Origin: Raillietiella orientalis
Lineage: Eukaryota
Length of the DNA stretch: 64,000 bases
Assembly: GCA_036172245.1 (NCBI GenBank)
Contig: JAYWIR010000026.1
Coordinates: forward strand, 1,116,001-1,180,000
Direction: 5' to 3'
Shown: in pieces, positions 13,901 to 25,430 of the stretch
Layout of the letters: every line of letters begins with the position of its first letter
How positions within the stretch are numbered: the first letter of the stretch is position 1
Notes under the pieces: generated by a model
Seen by the model: only the letters and a program-made list of their open reading frames with translations
Told to the model about the DNA's origin: nothing
Database searches by the model: none
Translations under genes and position numbers: made by a program

Positions 13901-14713
13901 CCTGTGCAAGGTAGGCAATCTATATTGTCCCGAGAGTGCGCGCGAATTTTCGAGGGCGATGCTCGCTCTCCATGTTGAAGAGGAAGAGCTCTGCGCGATG
14001 ACCCTCCGCAGGGGAGCAATACGTAGACTTAATCTGCAAACAGGCAGATTACGCCCAGTAATCTGTTCAAAACCACCGTGGTGATTTGGAAACGCAGGCT
14101 CCTCCGCATTACGGTGGACCGCAGTATGGTGGTCCACCTGATAGGTGTGACAGCGAGGATGCGTCGCGAAGATGTACGCGCCGCGTTGGAAGAATACGGA
14201 ACGGTGCACGCAATGTGGTCTAAACCTAGTCCCTTTGTGGACCATACTCGAATGCAATGCGGCCTCAAGGCTTCACGCATCACCGTACGGGAGGGCTGCA
14301 CTCTTCCCCACAAACTGGTGGTCGGCGCCGAAACCCTTGACTTCTGGTATGTGGGGAAGCCGAAATACTGTGGCTTCTGCAATACGTGGGGCCACATCAA
14401 AAAGAGGTGCACCAACGTGCAGTGCCAAGTATGCGGGACAATGGGCCACACACGGGAGGTGTGCCTACAAGCAGCTTTGCGCGTGGTGTCCGCGAGGAAC
14501 GCCAGAAAACGCGGCAGGCTGCTCCAAAAAAGGCTGGAGGCGATAGCTGCCGCGAAAGCTGTGCACCCACGCCCAAGGCCCAGGCCGCATCCGAGACCCC
14601 GGCGATTAAAGCCGAAAAGCTTGAGAGAAACGGTCAGGAGCCTTGCTGGCAGGTGGCAACAGCCAAAAAATCCAATAACGACGAGGATTGGAAGAAAAAC
14701 TCGCGTATCGTAA
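13900..14713 (+). mobile_element. L1/Tx1-type ORF1 (RRM-like plus two CCHC zinc knuckles)
   Basis: ORF 14078-14713 has VHLIGV..EDVRAALEEYGTV (RRM-like), WYVGKPKY, then CGFCNTWGHIKKRC and CQVCGTMGHTREVC (CX2CX4HX4C twice). It probably continues upstream across a frameshift near 14080. Confidence 0.85.
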
Positions 14714-14750
14714 GAAAAAAGAGCAGTATAGTCAGATAATTAAAGAATGC

Positions 14751-16680
14751 GGCGTTGTCGTTTGTTACCCGGTTGGCCCGGGACGTTTATTAATTGAAAT
14801 CATCTGGGAACTGGGTTCCCAGGCAAGGGAAACAGAAGATGGGGAGGAGGGTTCCCGGAACGCAGGCTCGGTACACGGAGAGTTTGGAACGGGAGGGAGG
14901 GGACAATAAATTAGTAAATATAGTGGGAGAGTGGGGAGAGGGATCTGCAGTTTAGCCGTTCCTATTCTCAGAACCGGAGGCGAATACCGCCAATCTCCTT
15001 CCTCACTTCTGCTTCAAGGTGTAGGCACCCGGCAGTTAGTTCCAGATTTAAGGCGGCACTGTCGGAGACTGATGTTGGGACCGCTCTCATCTGCGATACG
15101 TGGCGGGCCCTAACAATGGCGCGTACCCATCAGACGATTGCGACGACCGCTCCCTGAGGTAGACCGTTGCGCGTTAAGAAGTAGCGCATCCAGTCCATTG
15201 AGGTGTGCCCGAGATGCAGTAGAGCAGAAGACAACCGCCGCCACAGTCCCTGGAGGGCACTGCAGTCGAATAGCAGGTGCGGCAGCGATTCCACACCTCT
15301 GCATTATGCGCAGTTTGGGGGCGCGACTACCTTGGAAAGCAGGTGCGGGCGCGACTCCCTTGGAAAGCAGGTGCGGGCGCGACTCAATTGGAAAGCAGGT
15401 GCTGGCGCTGGTTGCAATACAGACCCCAATGCAACTGCAGAAAAGCGTCCGCTTTCCACCGAAGGGGGAACACAGTAGTGTCGAAGCACTGGGAAGGAAC
15501 CACAAGTTCTTCGGAGGGCACACGGAGGAGGTCGCTCCACCGAAGAAGTCCCTTGGCACGAAAGCGAGACGTGGCAGCGTTTGCCAGGTCGCAGGTCCTA
15601 CAGCAGCCCATAAGTCGGGTTTCTCATGCGAGAGCGCAAGCGACGTGGTCCCACCTCGCCGGGAGGTCACTGTCGTTTCGTACTATTAGGGCAGAGAGCG
15701 CTTCGGCTAGAGGCGTAGCGGCTAGGCGAGTCCATTTGTCCTGGTTTTCCAACACCTCTCCTAATGGACAGTAAGGAGAAAGTTACACGCAACGAAGTTC
15801 CAATCGGGACACTTCATGTCGCTCTGCCAGGTCGATAAGGCTTCTTGACACCAGGCGTTAAAGTTCGTCGGCCGGCAGGAGATCTACGAATGCGTTCCCA
15901 GAAGCGAGGCGAGCTGCCTCAGCAGGAAACCAAATCCTCTCATGGCGCGCTCCGTACGCAGGTGCAACGAACGCAGTCCGTCGCAGCAAATTCAGCGCCG
16001 CAGCAGCAGCCACGCTGGAACACTCCCGGAAGTCGTCCATGGCTGGGCGCAAAGTGCAGGATGCGGAACTGTACTAGCAGTCGGATCCGCTCCAGGGTCA
16101 TGATGCCCAAGCCCTCATCCCGTCGAGTAGCCGCCAAGTCCTTGAAGAGGATCCTGGTCCTCGCCGGTCCGCAAAAGGCGTTCTGCAACAGGCGCTTTGC
16201 CCGAAGCTTTGCCGAGTAGGGAAAGGGAAAAAGAAAAAAGAGGGGACGGAGGACGGGGGCAACGAAAATGTTCCACACGGAGGCCTGATCCGGCAGGAGG
16301 AACCTGGGGCCTTAGAACGGGCCCAAAGCAGTCTCGGCCTTGTGAAGGCAGTGAGACCATGCTTCTGCTGGACAGAAGGCGCCCAAGGGAACGCCAAGGT
16401 ACTTAAAGCACTTGCACGTGGGGATCCCCAGGCTGATCCAGTCGGACTGTTCCTCCCACGTAGAGAGGACCGTACAACGGTTGATTTCGTCCCGTTGACG
16501 TTCACGCCCGCTCCTCGACGAATAAGCTCGAAGAAATCTTCGAGACTGGACGCCGGGGTGGACATGGGGAACAGGAGAAGTGAGTCGTCAGTATAGGCGG
16601 CCACGGCCGCAGTTCCCGGGCAGGAGGTCGGCAGGTTGGCCAGCGTCAGCTTGTACGTGCGGAAGTGTTTCCGTGCTGCT
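14751..16680 (-). mobile_element. 5'-truncated L1/Tx1 element: RT catalytic motif to 3' end
   Basis: AAYTDD (YADD-like), GVNVNGTKS, FKDLAATRRDEGLGIMTLER, LHWGLYCN and CA*CRGVESLPHLLFDC in order, then a UTR with AATAAA (minus strand, 14786-14791) and a hairpin. Frameshifted. Confidence 0.85.
15319..15402. repeat. 28-bp minisatellite, 3 copies (GGGCGCGACTCCCTTGGAAAGCAGGTGC)
   Basis: Three contiguous units with 0-2 mismatches to consensus and no spacers, inside the zinc-finger region of the minus-strand L1. Confidence 0.95.
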
Positions 16681-17359
16681 CCCGTAGGTGACACTTGAAT
16701 TGTAAATTTCGTGAAATTTTCTCCAAACATTTACGCTCATATTGAATTCAGTGTATCTTATGGATTTGTTTTACTTGTTCACAAGGAATCGTGGTGATAC
16801 AGTGATTTTTGTAGTAAACGAAAGATCGCATCTTTGGGCGTCAGCAGCTGCTATAGTCTAACTAGAAAGCTGTTGATTGGCCAAGGTAAGATTTATTCAC
16901 ATCTTCCTTTTGACCTTAATATTTTGGAAATGCTATTCAATCTTTTCCAAAAAGTTTTTTTTTTCTTTTCTGCACTGTGTCGTCAGGAAAATTATCAGTG
17001 CAACGGGTGTATTGATTCGCAATAGTAACTGTCGCATAGCATCCCAGGAACTGAACTCTTAGTTTCGAACTTCAGTTCCAATACAAGCAACAACTAGCAC
17101 TTTCTGTGCTTTCTGGAATATTGTGTAAACCGAAATTTTGGATCAATTAGTTAACTTTTCTTTTTGTTTGCAATAGGTAGTTTTAAAGATGGCGGCACGA
17201 CCACGTGGCGCACATATGGAAAACTCTTACCGCGCCCAGCGAAGCTGGGGTTGCCGCTGTACCCCCAACGCCTTGCTCGCACGCACTCCTGTACCTGCGT
17301 TCGAGCTCGTTTGTCGAAAATTCCCCGTTACTCTGGTTACATGAGAGCAAGCACTCCTT

Positions 17360-19403
17360 GAAACCATGGAAGTTCAAAAACAAACTTTGGAACCCGCCTT
17401 TTTATACGCCGACCGTGACCCATGCCCTATTTCTGACTGTTAATTTGCATCCTCAGCCGAAGAAAGGCACAATCGTTCCCGTAACCTGAAGCACCATCTG
17501 ACACGTATACATGGTGAGACTCCCCAAAGCTCTATTAGCTTTTGTGACCAATGCGGTTTTACTGCGGACCTGTTCCACTATTCCCTCGACTCATAAATGT
17601 ACCCACTCAATTCGAAATGTGGAGCTCCCTCGTCCCCTGGAAAAACTTAAATATCCGTGCTCGTCCTGTGCATCCAGCTTCGACCGTGAAAGCCACCACT
17701 CTACACACAAGCGGACAACACACGGCACATCAAGAACCAAGAAATCGTTACTATACGAAGTCTTTGACTAAAAACCTGGGACTAATAACAGCAACATACG
17801 AACACCCGATTGAAGACCAATCAGCGACTGCCACCGAAATATAAAGCACCTACCAACCACCGCTCAATGCAACACCTCAATGTCAACCTCACAGCAATAT
17901 GATTCCCGACCCATAACCTGTGATAACGCCTGCACTGCAGGAAGCAATTGCTATTTTCCAACGACACAAAGATGCATTCTAAACTTTGCCTGCCGAAATT
18001 ATCTCACTGACTGATTCTTCCATCGCTGTGCAACTAGAAACAGATCACAATGGCCATTCACCTCTAGATTCGCGTCAAATGAAATCTATCCTGTCCTCTG
18101 CATCCCAGACATTTGCTGATGTCGTGGAAAATCAGGCTCGCGTGATGCTTAGGAAAATTCACGCCCCTAATGCGTCTTCCCAACGCTCCCCACCCATCAC
18201 CCGAACCTCCCTCACCATAAGCGACAGTACATCTTCGGTGAAAATGCGATCCCTCGGAAAGATTCCTGTGGTGGCTCAAAGATTATGCTCTGTAGAGAAT
18301 GCTCCACCCACCATACATAGCACCACACAATCAATTTTTGTTTCGATACACAACAGAGAAGACCATCTGTCATCTCCCACCTCATAACCATTACATACTG
18401 CTGCTTCTTTGTCCCCTAACTCTATACATTGCAAAGGACCCTCTCTAAAACACAACCACAATCCAATACCACCTGGAATCCGTCGATCTCATCGTCAGTG
18501 GGTAAAAACCCCGCCTCTCGATCGTGCCCTACCTCGATTGTGTCCTCCCCCTTACTTCCCGTCCTACTACCCCTCCACTCATGGACATTCCACTTCCGCC
18601 TATAGCCAACAACGATTTAGCTCTTACATCTAACAACGTCCTTTTAGTGCGATTTCCCGTATACTGTATCCTAAGCTCCATAATACCTTCTTGTCCCTGA
18701 CGAACACAAACTCTCCATGCCAGCAACACGCTTCGGTCTCTCAAACGCCAATCAATCAACACAAACAAGATATGTTGTCCAAAACACAAGTTGCTCTGTA
18801 GGAAACCCAACTCGGATATCCACTATCCTACACACCACCACCCACGGTTCAAACACATCGCTCCCCCGCAGCTTCCCGTGGCACTCCTTTCCATCGAATG
18901 TAGCATTCCCAATTGCAAAGCCACAATGCGTGGATTACTCAATCATACTCGATGGCACATGCGACTGCAAAATCAACGCAAGAAACCACTTCGCACACCA
19001 CGTGCCCTCCTTCGATACCCACATTCAACCGTTATGCTGCAATAGCAACACACGAACCAGTTACACCTACAGCCCTAGATATGGGGGATCCCTTACCTAC
19101 AGCAAACTGTGTTTTGAAAGTCCCTAATCTCCAAGACTACCATCACACTCCCTGTTTTCCGAACCTCACAACAGCACGCGCCACTCGTCCATCTAACTCA
19201 CCCGTATCCTTTGCGATCATCCAGCGAATCCGCATCGATTTACCCTAAAGTACAACAGTTAGTGCCAAACTTTCAGCATATACTACACACAAACACATTT
19301 TGTGCTCAGTGCTTACACCCGGAGTCTCGTATCTCTCCTGAGTCAATCAAAGTCTAACGACAATTGGCATCGTATCATTGACAATCCTCAATAAACTCAT
19401 CAA
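17360..19403 (+). mobile_element. 5' part of an RLE-type non-LTR element: C2H2 zinc fingers plus S/T/P-rich linker (decayed)
   Basis: NLKHHLTRIHG (~17483) and YPCSSCASSFDRESHHSTHKRTTHG (C2H2). 19073-19403 is homologous to 19886-20222, which runs into the RT. Confidence 0.65.
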
Positions 19404-19849
19404 AGGCACTTGCCCTAGTGGAAAACATTTGGGGCTCAATATGGTGCTAACCGGCACGAACAGCAAGTCTTCGGCAGCGTGGTACATCTTCACTTAAGCA
19501 CTGCTCACGTAATGTCATCCATCGCGGACTACAGCTGCGTCAGGTGGTCAGAATGACCGTGAAAAAAGGATGGATTTTTTGCCGCCACGCAAGCGGTTGT
19601 GTCCTGTTGGAGGAAACTGTTTGCACTTGGGTGAGGATCCAGATGCCACGTGTGGAACAGGTTTCCTGACCCAGGTGACTGCATGCTCCGTGGGGTTTTG
19701 AATGATCCTGTGAAAAGTGCGCGGGCGGGCTAACCCTTCCTCGCGGTTGCGGTGCCCTCTCTTCATGAACACACTGGCAGCAACCTCGCGGCAGAATGCG
19801 AACTTACTGTAGAAATCTCAGGAAAGAGGAAAGTGCGGTTCTAGTAGGT

Positions 19850-21915
19850 CAGCAAAAGCAACACACGGACCCGTTTCACTTAGAGCCCTAGAAATCACGG
19901 ATTCTTTAGCCACCGCAAACTGTGTTGTGACAGCCCCTGTGCCTCCAAGAGTACCATCACACTGCCCTGATTCCGGAACCTCAGAACAGGATGCGCCACT
20001 CGTACATCTAATTCACCCGTATCCTTTGCGCACATTCAACGAACCCGCATCGAATAACTCTGAAGTGTAACATTTTCTGCCAAATTTTCGGCATATACTA
20101 CACACAAACACACATTTTGTGCTCAGTGCTTACACCTGGAGTGTCACATCTCTCCTAAGTCAATCGAAGTCTGACGACAATTGGCAACGTACCATCGACA
20201 ATCCTCAATAAAGTCATAAAAACGATGACCTCTGCATTAAGCATACGCCCCTTAAACCGCTCTAGAAGACCCATTGCTTCTTGTAATGCTTTTCGCCTAA
20301 CCTCCCCAAAGAATCTTCGAACATTGTATCGACGGAATAGAAAGCGAGCTATCCGCACACTTCTGCACCGAAATCCCATCCAATTCAACGTTCCTATATC
20401 CACAGTTGAAACAACCTTTAGTGAGAAATCCTCAGCGAAGTATATTAATACCGGAATTCTTCAGAAAAGACCTTCAGTTCCTGCTTCTTGGGAAGTTCAT
20501 TGCACGAACATTACCGCTCAGGAAGTTGTGTTCACATTACGGAACGCTCAGGACACTGCCCCTGGAAATGATGGAATCCCCTACTCCTTCCTTCGAAAAG
20601 GTGATCCAGACGGATCTTCTCTTTTTGCCCTTTACAAAGTCTATATCCACCACTTGCGAATCCCTAAAGACTAAAAGAGATCACGTACAGATCTAATTCC
20701 AAAATCTGGAGCATCTGACCACAAGGACGTGACACAATTTCGTCCCATCGCCATCTCGAACACCTTGATGACTTGGGATAATGCTGCACGTCGATGAAGC
20801 ACAAACCATGATAGCTGACTCTGCGTTTAAGCTGTCAAGATGCATGGATCCCCGTGTGACCGATCTTGCCTTCTCAACCCTTTCCGATGAGGGACGTAGA
20901 CAGGCTCACGCCCCTCCCGACCTACTCCTGTTTGCGCGACACCGCAATGAATGCACTTTGTCCCCTTTAGTCCGCCCAAGTGGTGACCTTTGCACGATGT
21001 GATCCGCATTACGGGAAGCTACGAAACATCTACTCACAAGGTGGAACATTATAAGCTCTCCCTGTCCTTTCCTTAGCATGAAAACCCCAAAATTCAATCG
21101 CTCTCGCAACGTAGGCAAGTAGCACAAACGATACGTGCTCACTTTGGAAAGCACAAACGAGTATCATTTCAAGTCATGCCAGCCCTAGGGGAGACAATGG
21201 AATGTGTTGCCCTTCGCCAAGCCTCCATGTCATTCCTATCCTCATGTAATGGGTTCCGATTTACAGTCTGGCGTTTCCTACATCGCGCCCGCCTAAACCA
21301 ATTATTTCTAAACGGAAATCGGAAAACACGTGGTGAATCTGAACAATGCCGAAAATGTGGCTCCGTGATAGGAACATTGGCCCATGTTCTGTGTCATTGT
21401 TCAATCCAGCTTGGAACAACATCACTCGAAGACATGACTTTGTTGTCGACACACTGTACAAGATTCTCTTTCCTAGATGGCCCATTGCTCTGAAAGATCG
21501 CCGGGTCGATGTGCTGAACTCCACCCTTCGCTCCGACGTTTTCCTACAAAATGCGTCTACAGTTGTTATAATTGACGTTGTGGTCTCTTTTGAAAGTCGT
21601 GCATCATCTCTACAGCATCCTCGAGAAGGCAAAATTCGTAAATATACAGAGATCGAAGCGGCACTTAGGCAACATGGCCTCTGCACCATCCACCAAGCCT
21701 TTGTGATCGGGTTCAGGGGATCCCCAAAACGACAAACTCTTAAAATTGCTCGGCAGCCTTCACAGAACAATTACCTCGATCTCCCGAAATCTATGCACCC
21801 AAATTATAAAGTTCTCCAGGGACATATAGCTCAATCACATCTCTAGACCCAACCCTCCTGATTAGCCAACGGAATACCTTGAAGGAAGCCAGCACCATAA
21901 GAACCTGGACCAAAC
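19850..21915 (+). mobile_element. RLE-type (NeSL/Utopia/R2-like) retrotransposon 3' part with RT core deleted; pseudogenised
   Basis: DTAPGNDGIPY..LIPK..FRPIAISNTL, then a jump to the post-RT region. Then WRFLHRARLN, CRKCG...TLAHVLCHC, RRHD, LRSD..IIDVVVSFE..K..KY and AFVIG.RG (CCHC plus PD-(D/E)xK endonuclease). Stops and frameshifts present. Confidence 0.88.
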
Positions 21916-22003
21916 TGATCTGGATACAGAGTCACATGGGATTCAAAAGGAGCAGCCACTTTCAGTGTGTACGCTTAGTCGGGGAAAGGCAAACGGTTCC
22001 TAC

Positions 22004-22214
22004 CTTTTCGAAATACTTCGCAGTTTTTTCGAGTTCAGTTCGAGCTAATTGGCTTTCCGCATCCCAGGGTGAGTAAAGGAATACGACCAAGAATTCTGAA
22101 GTCATGTACAGATTCCACAGACTTTGAAGATCTCCATAGTGAAAATATTGCACCAAATATTCCTTAGAGGAAGAAGGTCTTGAAGATATAGAATAAGATT
22201 TGGCATTATGAAAG
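22004..22214 (-). pseudogene. TXNDC11: Exon of a TXNDC11-like thioredoxin-domain gene (probably an isolated fragment)
   Basis: The exon has a T8-GTAG acceptor and an AAG|GTAGG donor, and is open over 70 codons: FHNAKSYSISSRPSSSKEYLVQYFHYGDLQSLWNLYMTSEFLVVFLYSPWDAESQLARTELEKTAKYFEK. This matches the first Trx domain of TXNDC11 as recalled (FYAPW(C/D)xxS..AR.E.E.AA). The upstream hydrophobic stretch (~22245-22340) has an in-frame TGA. No downstream exon was recognised. Confidence 0.7.
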
Positions 22215-22479
22215 CTACAAAAAAAACAGTGTGATTCTCACACAGTGATGTATGAGCACAAATACATTAACACTCATAAGATTTGTCTCATCATTATCAT
22301 TACTTTGGCATACGATCGCAACCGTTCACAATCCATTTTCACCAACACCAACCAAATTCATCACATACTGCCTTCTCGGAAGCCATTTTTCTCACGCCCC
22401 CCCTTTCCACTGATTTGTTTTCTTTTCTTAACAAAATACGAAAGACGTAATCTTTGTCTTTCTTCCGTGTTACTTTGGT

Positions 22480-24630
22480 CTTCCCGTGGAAAGCACAAAC
22501 GCGGACGTGACACGAGTGACCGGAATCCTGGAATTCGTGCCTTCCTGGTTCACCGGTACCCAGCTTTTATCCGAAAGCGTTTGCAGCGAAGGTGTTGTTG
22601 TTGTTTTTATATGGAAGGTGTTCTTTTTCGGCTGTTCCTTTTGGGTGTGGTGCAATTTTCATTAGAAAATGAAGCCAGTGCCTGCGAAAATGGAACTGGA
22701 GGAATCCCCCTGCCCTGCAGGACCCTCTTCCGCGGTGAATGGAGCCTCCACTGCTCTTCCCTCGCCTCCAGCGAGGAGTTTTGCCACCGTTGCTAAGGCA
22801 GTGGCGGCTTACGGAGCCCCACCTGACGAGGAAGAACTCCGGGCTTACGTAGCCCAAGGCTATAAGCCCGGAAAAGGCAGTCGGGGAATTCTTCGACCCG
22901 CTTAGCTGCGGGACCGGACTGCAGGTAAACACGGCGAAGTCGTCGGGGGTGCCAGTTGCTGAAACGTGGGCAAGGCAGCAGGACTGGGTCCGTTTGGGAA
23001 TCCCCACGGTGAGGTGCTTGAATTACCTTGGTGTACCGTTGGGGGACTATTCCCCTTCGGAAGCGTGGTCCGGCTGCCTCCAAAAAGTAGAGATGGCGAT
23101 CGGCCCGTTCTTGGAAGACAAGTTTCTCCTTCCGGAACGGACTGCGGTGTGGAACGCGTTCACGGCTCCCATCCTCCGCCTCCTGCTTTTTGTTTGCCAC
23201 GTCCCCCGGGAGTTGAAAAACCGGACGAAGGACCTCCTGAGAATCGCCCTTTGGGGAAGAGTGAGGCCTCGAGTCCCGCTGAAGGACTTGAGTGCTCCGC
23301 GTCGTGACGGCGGTCTCGGCCTCTTGACGCTGGAGAGAGTGGAGATTCAGCTGCGATGGCGCACCCTCGCCATCGCAGCGAAGTTATGGAGCACCCCATG
23401 GTGCGTTCCGGCCTGTCTCCTTGCCAGCCGTGTATCCGGGACGGAGGGTCTCGCGTCTTATCTTCTGTGCCGTGGCAGGAAGATTAAGAGATGCGGACTT
23501 CTCCTGGGACGCATGGCAACTCCGGCTAAGGAAAACGGCTGGATGGTATGCAGCCCCGCTATCTCCTCAGCATGGCTGGAGGACACAGCTGGCACGTGGG
23601 AGAAGATTGACCAGAGGAACGAAGAGATGTGGCACTGCCTGCGACGCGGCGCCTACTCCCGCTGCACTCTGCGGAAGATACTCCAGTGTCCCGCAAGAAG
23701 CACGTGGGCAGAGACAACCCCCCTAGCTACGGCGATGCCCTTCCTGAGGAGGGCGCTCTCCTGCAGCCGCAAGCCTAGGTGGCAAGTCTCCTGCCGCATC
23801 GCAGGCAAGGAGAAGTTGATGAGCGGCTGGTCCATGGGGGAACTGGCGGACGCCACTACCCCTAGTGTCCAGCAGAGAGGACTTACAAGATGGGGCGAGC
23901 TGCTCGGCATCCAGCCGGATGACCTGAAGTGGCCCCCGGTATTGATTGGTTCGAGGATCCTCCCCCTGAAGTGGCAGGAGTCGGCGCTTCTGCTGTTGCA
24001 TTGGGGTCTACCCTGCAACGCATGCCGCCAATACTGGACCAGGGGTCAACTGAATCCCGCCTGCATCAGGTGCGGGAGCGAGAAACACTCCCCCACCTTG
24101 ATGATTGTGCTGCCCTCCCACCTTTGTGGGAACGTCTTGGTACCTCCATACGGATCCAGATGAGCAGTCAGCCCAGAGACGTTTTTCGGCTTCTGTTCGT
24201 GCGGGATGTCCTGCATCCAGCTGCAGTCCTGGCAGCACTCTGCTACGCTCGAGGGATTGTGATGTGCTGGAGCGACGTGAGGAGACCGAGCGACGCTAGG
24301 GGTGCCGTCGAACTTGCAATCCGCTACCTGCGGATTGCGACCAGATGGTCCCACCTGAGAATTATACAGACGGACCTCGAGGGCATCCTGGAAAGGATGG
24401 ACCCTCCTCTCAGTGAACCGTGATCCTTTCCCAGCCCTCCAAAATCTTTTTGTTTTTTATGTTTTATTTTTCTTTTTGTTTTTCCCCCGACCCCCTTCCG
24501 CTGACGAGGAGAGTCGCGCCAGTCTGCGTACCGGCAACCCGGCAGGTCCTGTTGTGTTGGCAGTAGTGGGGCCTCGTACCACAATGTAGGGAATTTCTAA
24601 TAAACGCCCCGGTGTGACCAGGAGGCAAGA
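22480..24630 (+). mobile_element. Internally deleted L1/Tx1 element: 5' UTR and ORF1 N-terminus joined to ORF2 from RT domain 6 to the 3' end
   Basis: ORF 22669-22905 (..RSFATVAK..) is ORF1-like. From ~22885 the frame reads EFFDPLSCGTGLQVNTAKS, LNYLGVPLG, RRDGGLGL, LHWGLPCN, then CIRCG..HL after a frameshift. T-rich UTR and AATAAA at 24599. The 5' boundary is approximate. Confidence 0.8.
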
Positions 24631-24975
24631 ATCAACTTGGCGTCCGCGTTCACGATCGTGATCGGACGCAAGTTGGTTAGCTTTCTGAGGTCTCTTCCCT
24701 TCGGAAGGACCCTCACCCTGGCTGACCGAAACGAGGCAGGAACATCGTCTTCGTCTCGGATTAGCCTTGTCAACTCCACCACCAGTGTGCCAGCTCTGCC
24801 GCGAAGAATTTTAAAAACTCTGCGGGCAGGCTATCCTCCCCTGACGCCTTACGCCTCTTGAGCCTTTTAGTTCCGGCGAGAATTTTGCCGGACGTGAAAG
24901 GCTCATCGAGACTTTCACTCTCCTACTCCCCTATCGCCAAGGCACCATTGGAGAGCAACCGTCGCGAGGCGTCTC
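24625..24975 (-). mobile_element. Antisense RT domain 0-2 fragment
   Basis: LDEPFT..KASGEDSLPAEFLK and RVLPKGRDLRKLTNLRPITIVNADAKL. Confidence 0.85.
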
Positions 24976-24999
24976 GTTCCGGTGGTGTTTGGTTTGTTA

Positions 25000-25430
25000 T
25001 ACCCCTCCTCCACTTAGGTACTTAATTCCGCCATGGCTGCAGGCGTTGACGCCGCTACAACGGGGCTCTACGCCCGCGCTGCAGCGAAGACCGATTCTGT
25101 AGGGGCGGATACCCCCACCTCCATCACCACTGGAGGCGACGTTGCGGTCGCCCCTTCGCACGCTCTGGTCGTCGTGACAGGCATTGCTGCCTGATCGACC
25201 ACTGAACCACAATACGCTCGTACTTAAGGAAGGTTCTTGGAACGGAGGAGTACCGACAAAAGCACGTCCGTTCTGCGCGCAAAAAGCGTTCCACTGCGTA
25301 AACCACCACTTCCTTGTGGAGGTTCTGCGATGCCTATGCATATGCGCAGACCATCGTCTGCTTGCGCTCCAGCTGGCACCATGCGTTATGCTGTATCTCC
25401 TTTAGCGGCTGCCACGTGTACGTCGGGTCA
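25000..25430 (-). mobile_element. Decayed RT fragment (central domains)
   Basis: WFTQW..QSVRRGD resembles GVRQGD. Weak. Confidence 0.4.

Noticed and set aside
15319..15402. CRISPR-like 28-bp repeats
   Set aside because: Units are contiguous with no spacers, there are no cas genes, and the context is eukaryotic.
16700..16900. Plus-strand exon ending at CAAG|GTAAG (~16885)
   Set aside because: Good donor, but no acceptor or recognisable peptide; cannot be supported.
19838..19850. Helitron 3' end (CTAG|T) for the unclassified relic
   Set aside because: No convincing subterminal hairpin, and homology between copies continues ~8 nt past CTAG.
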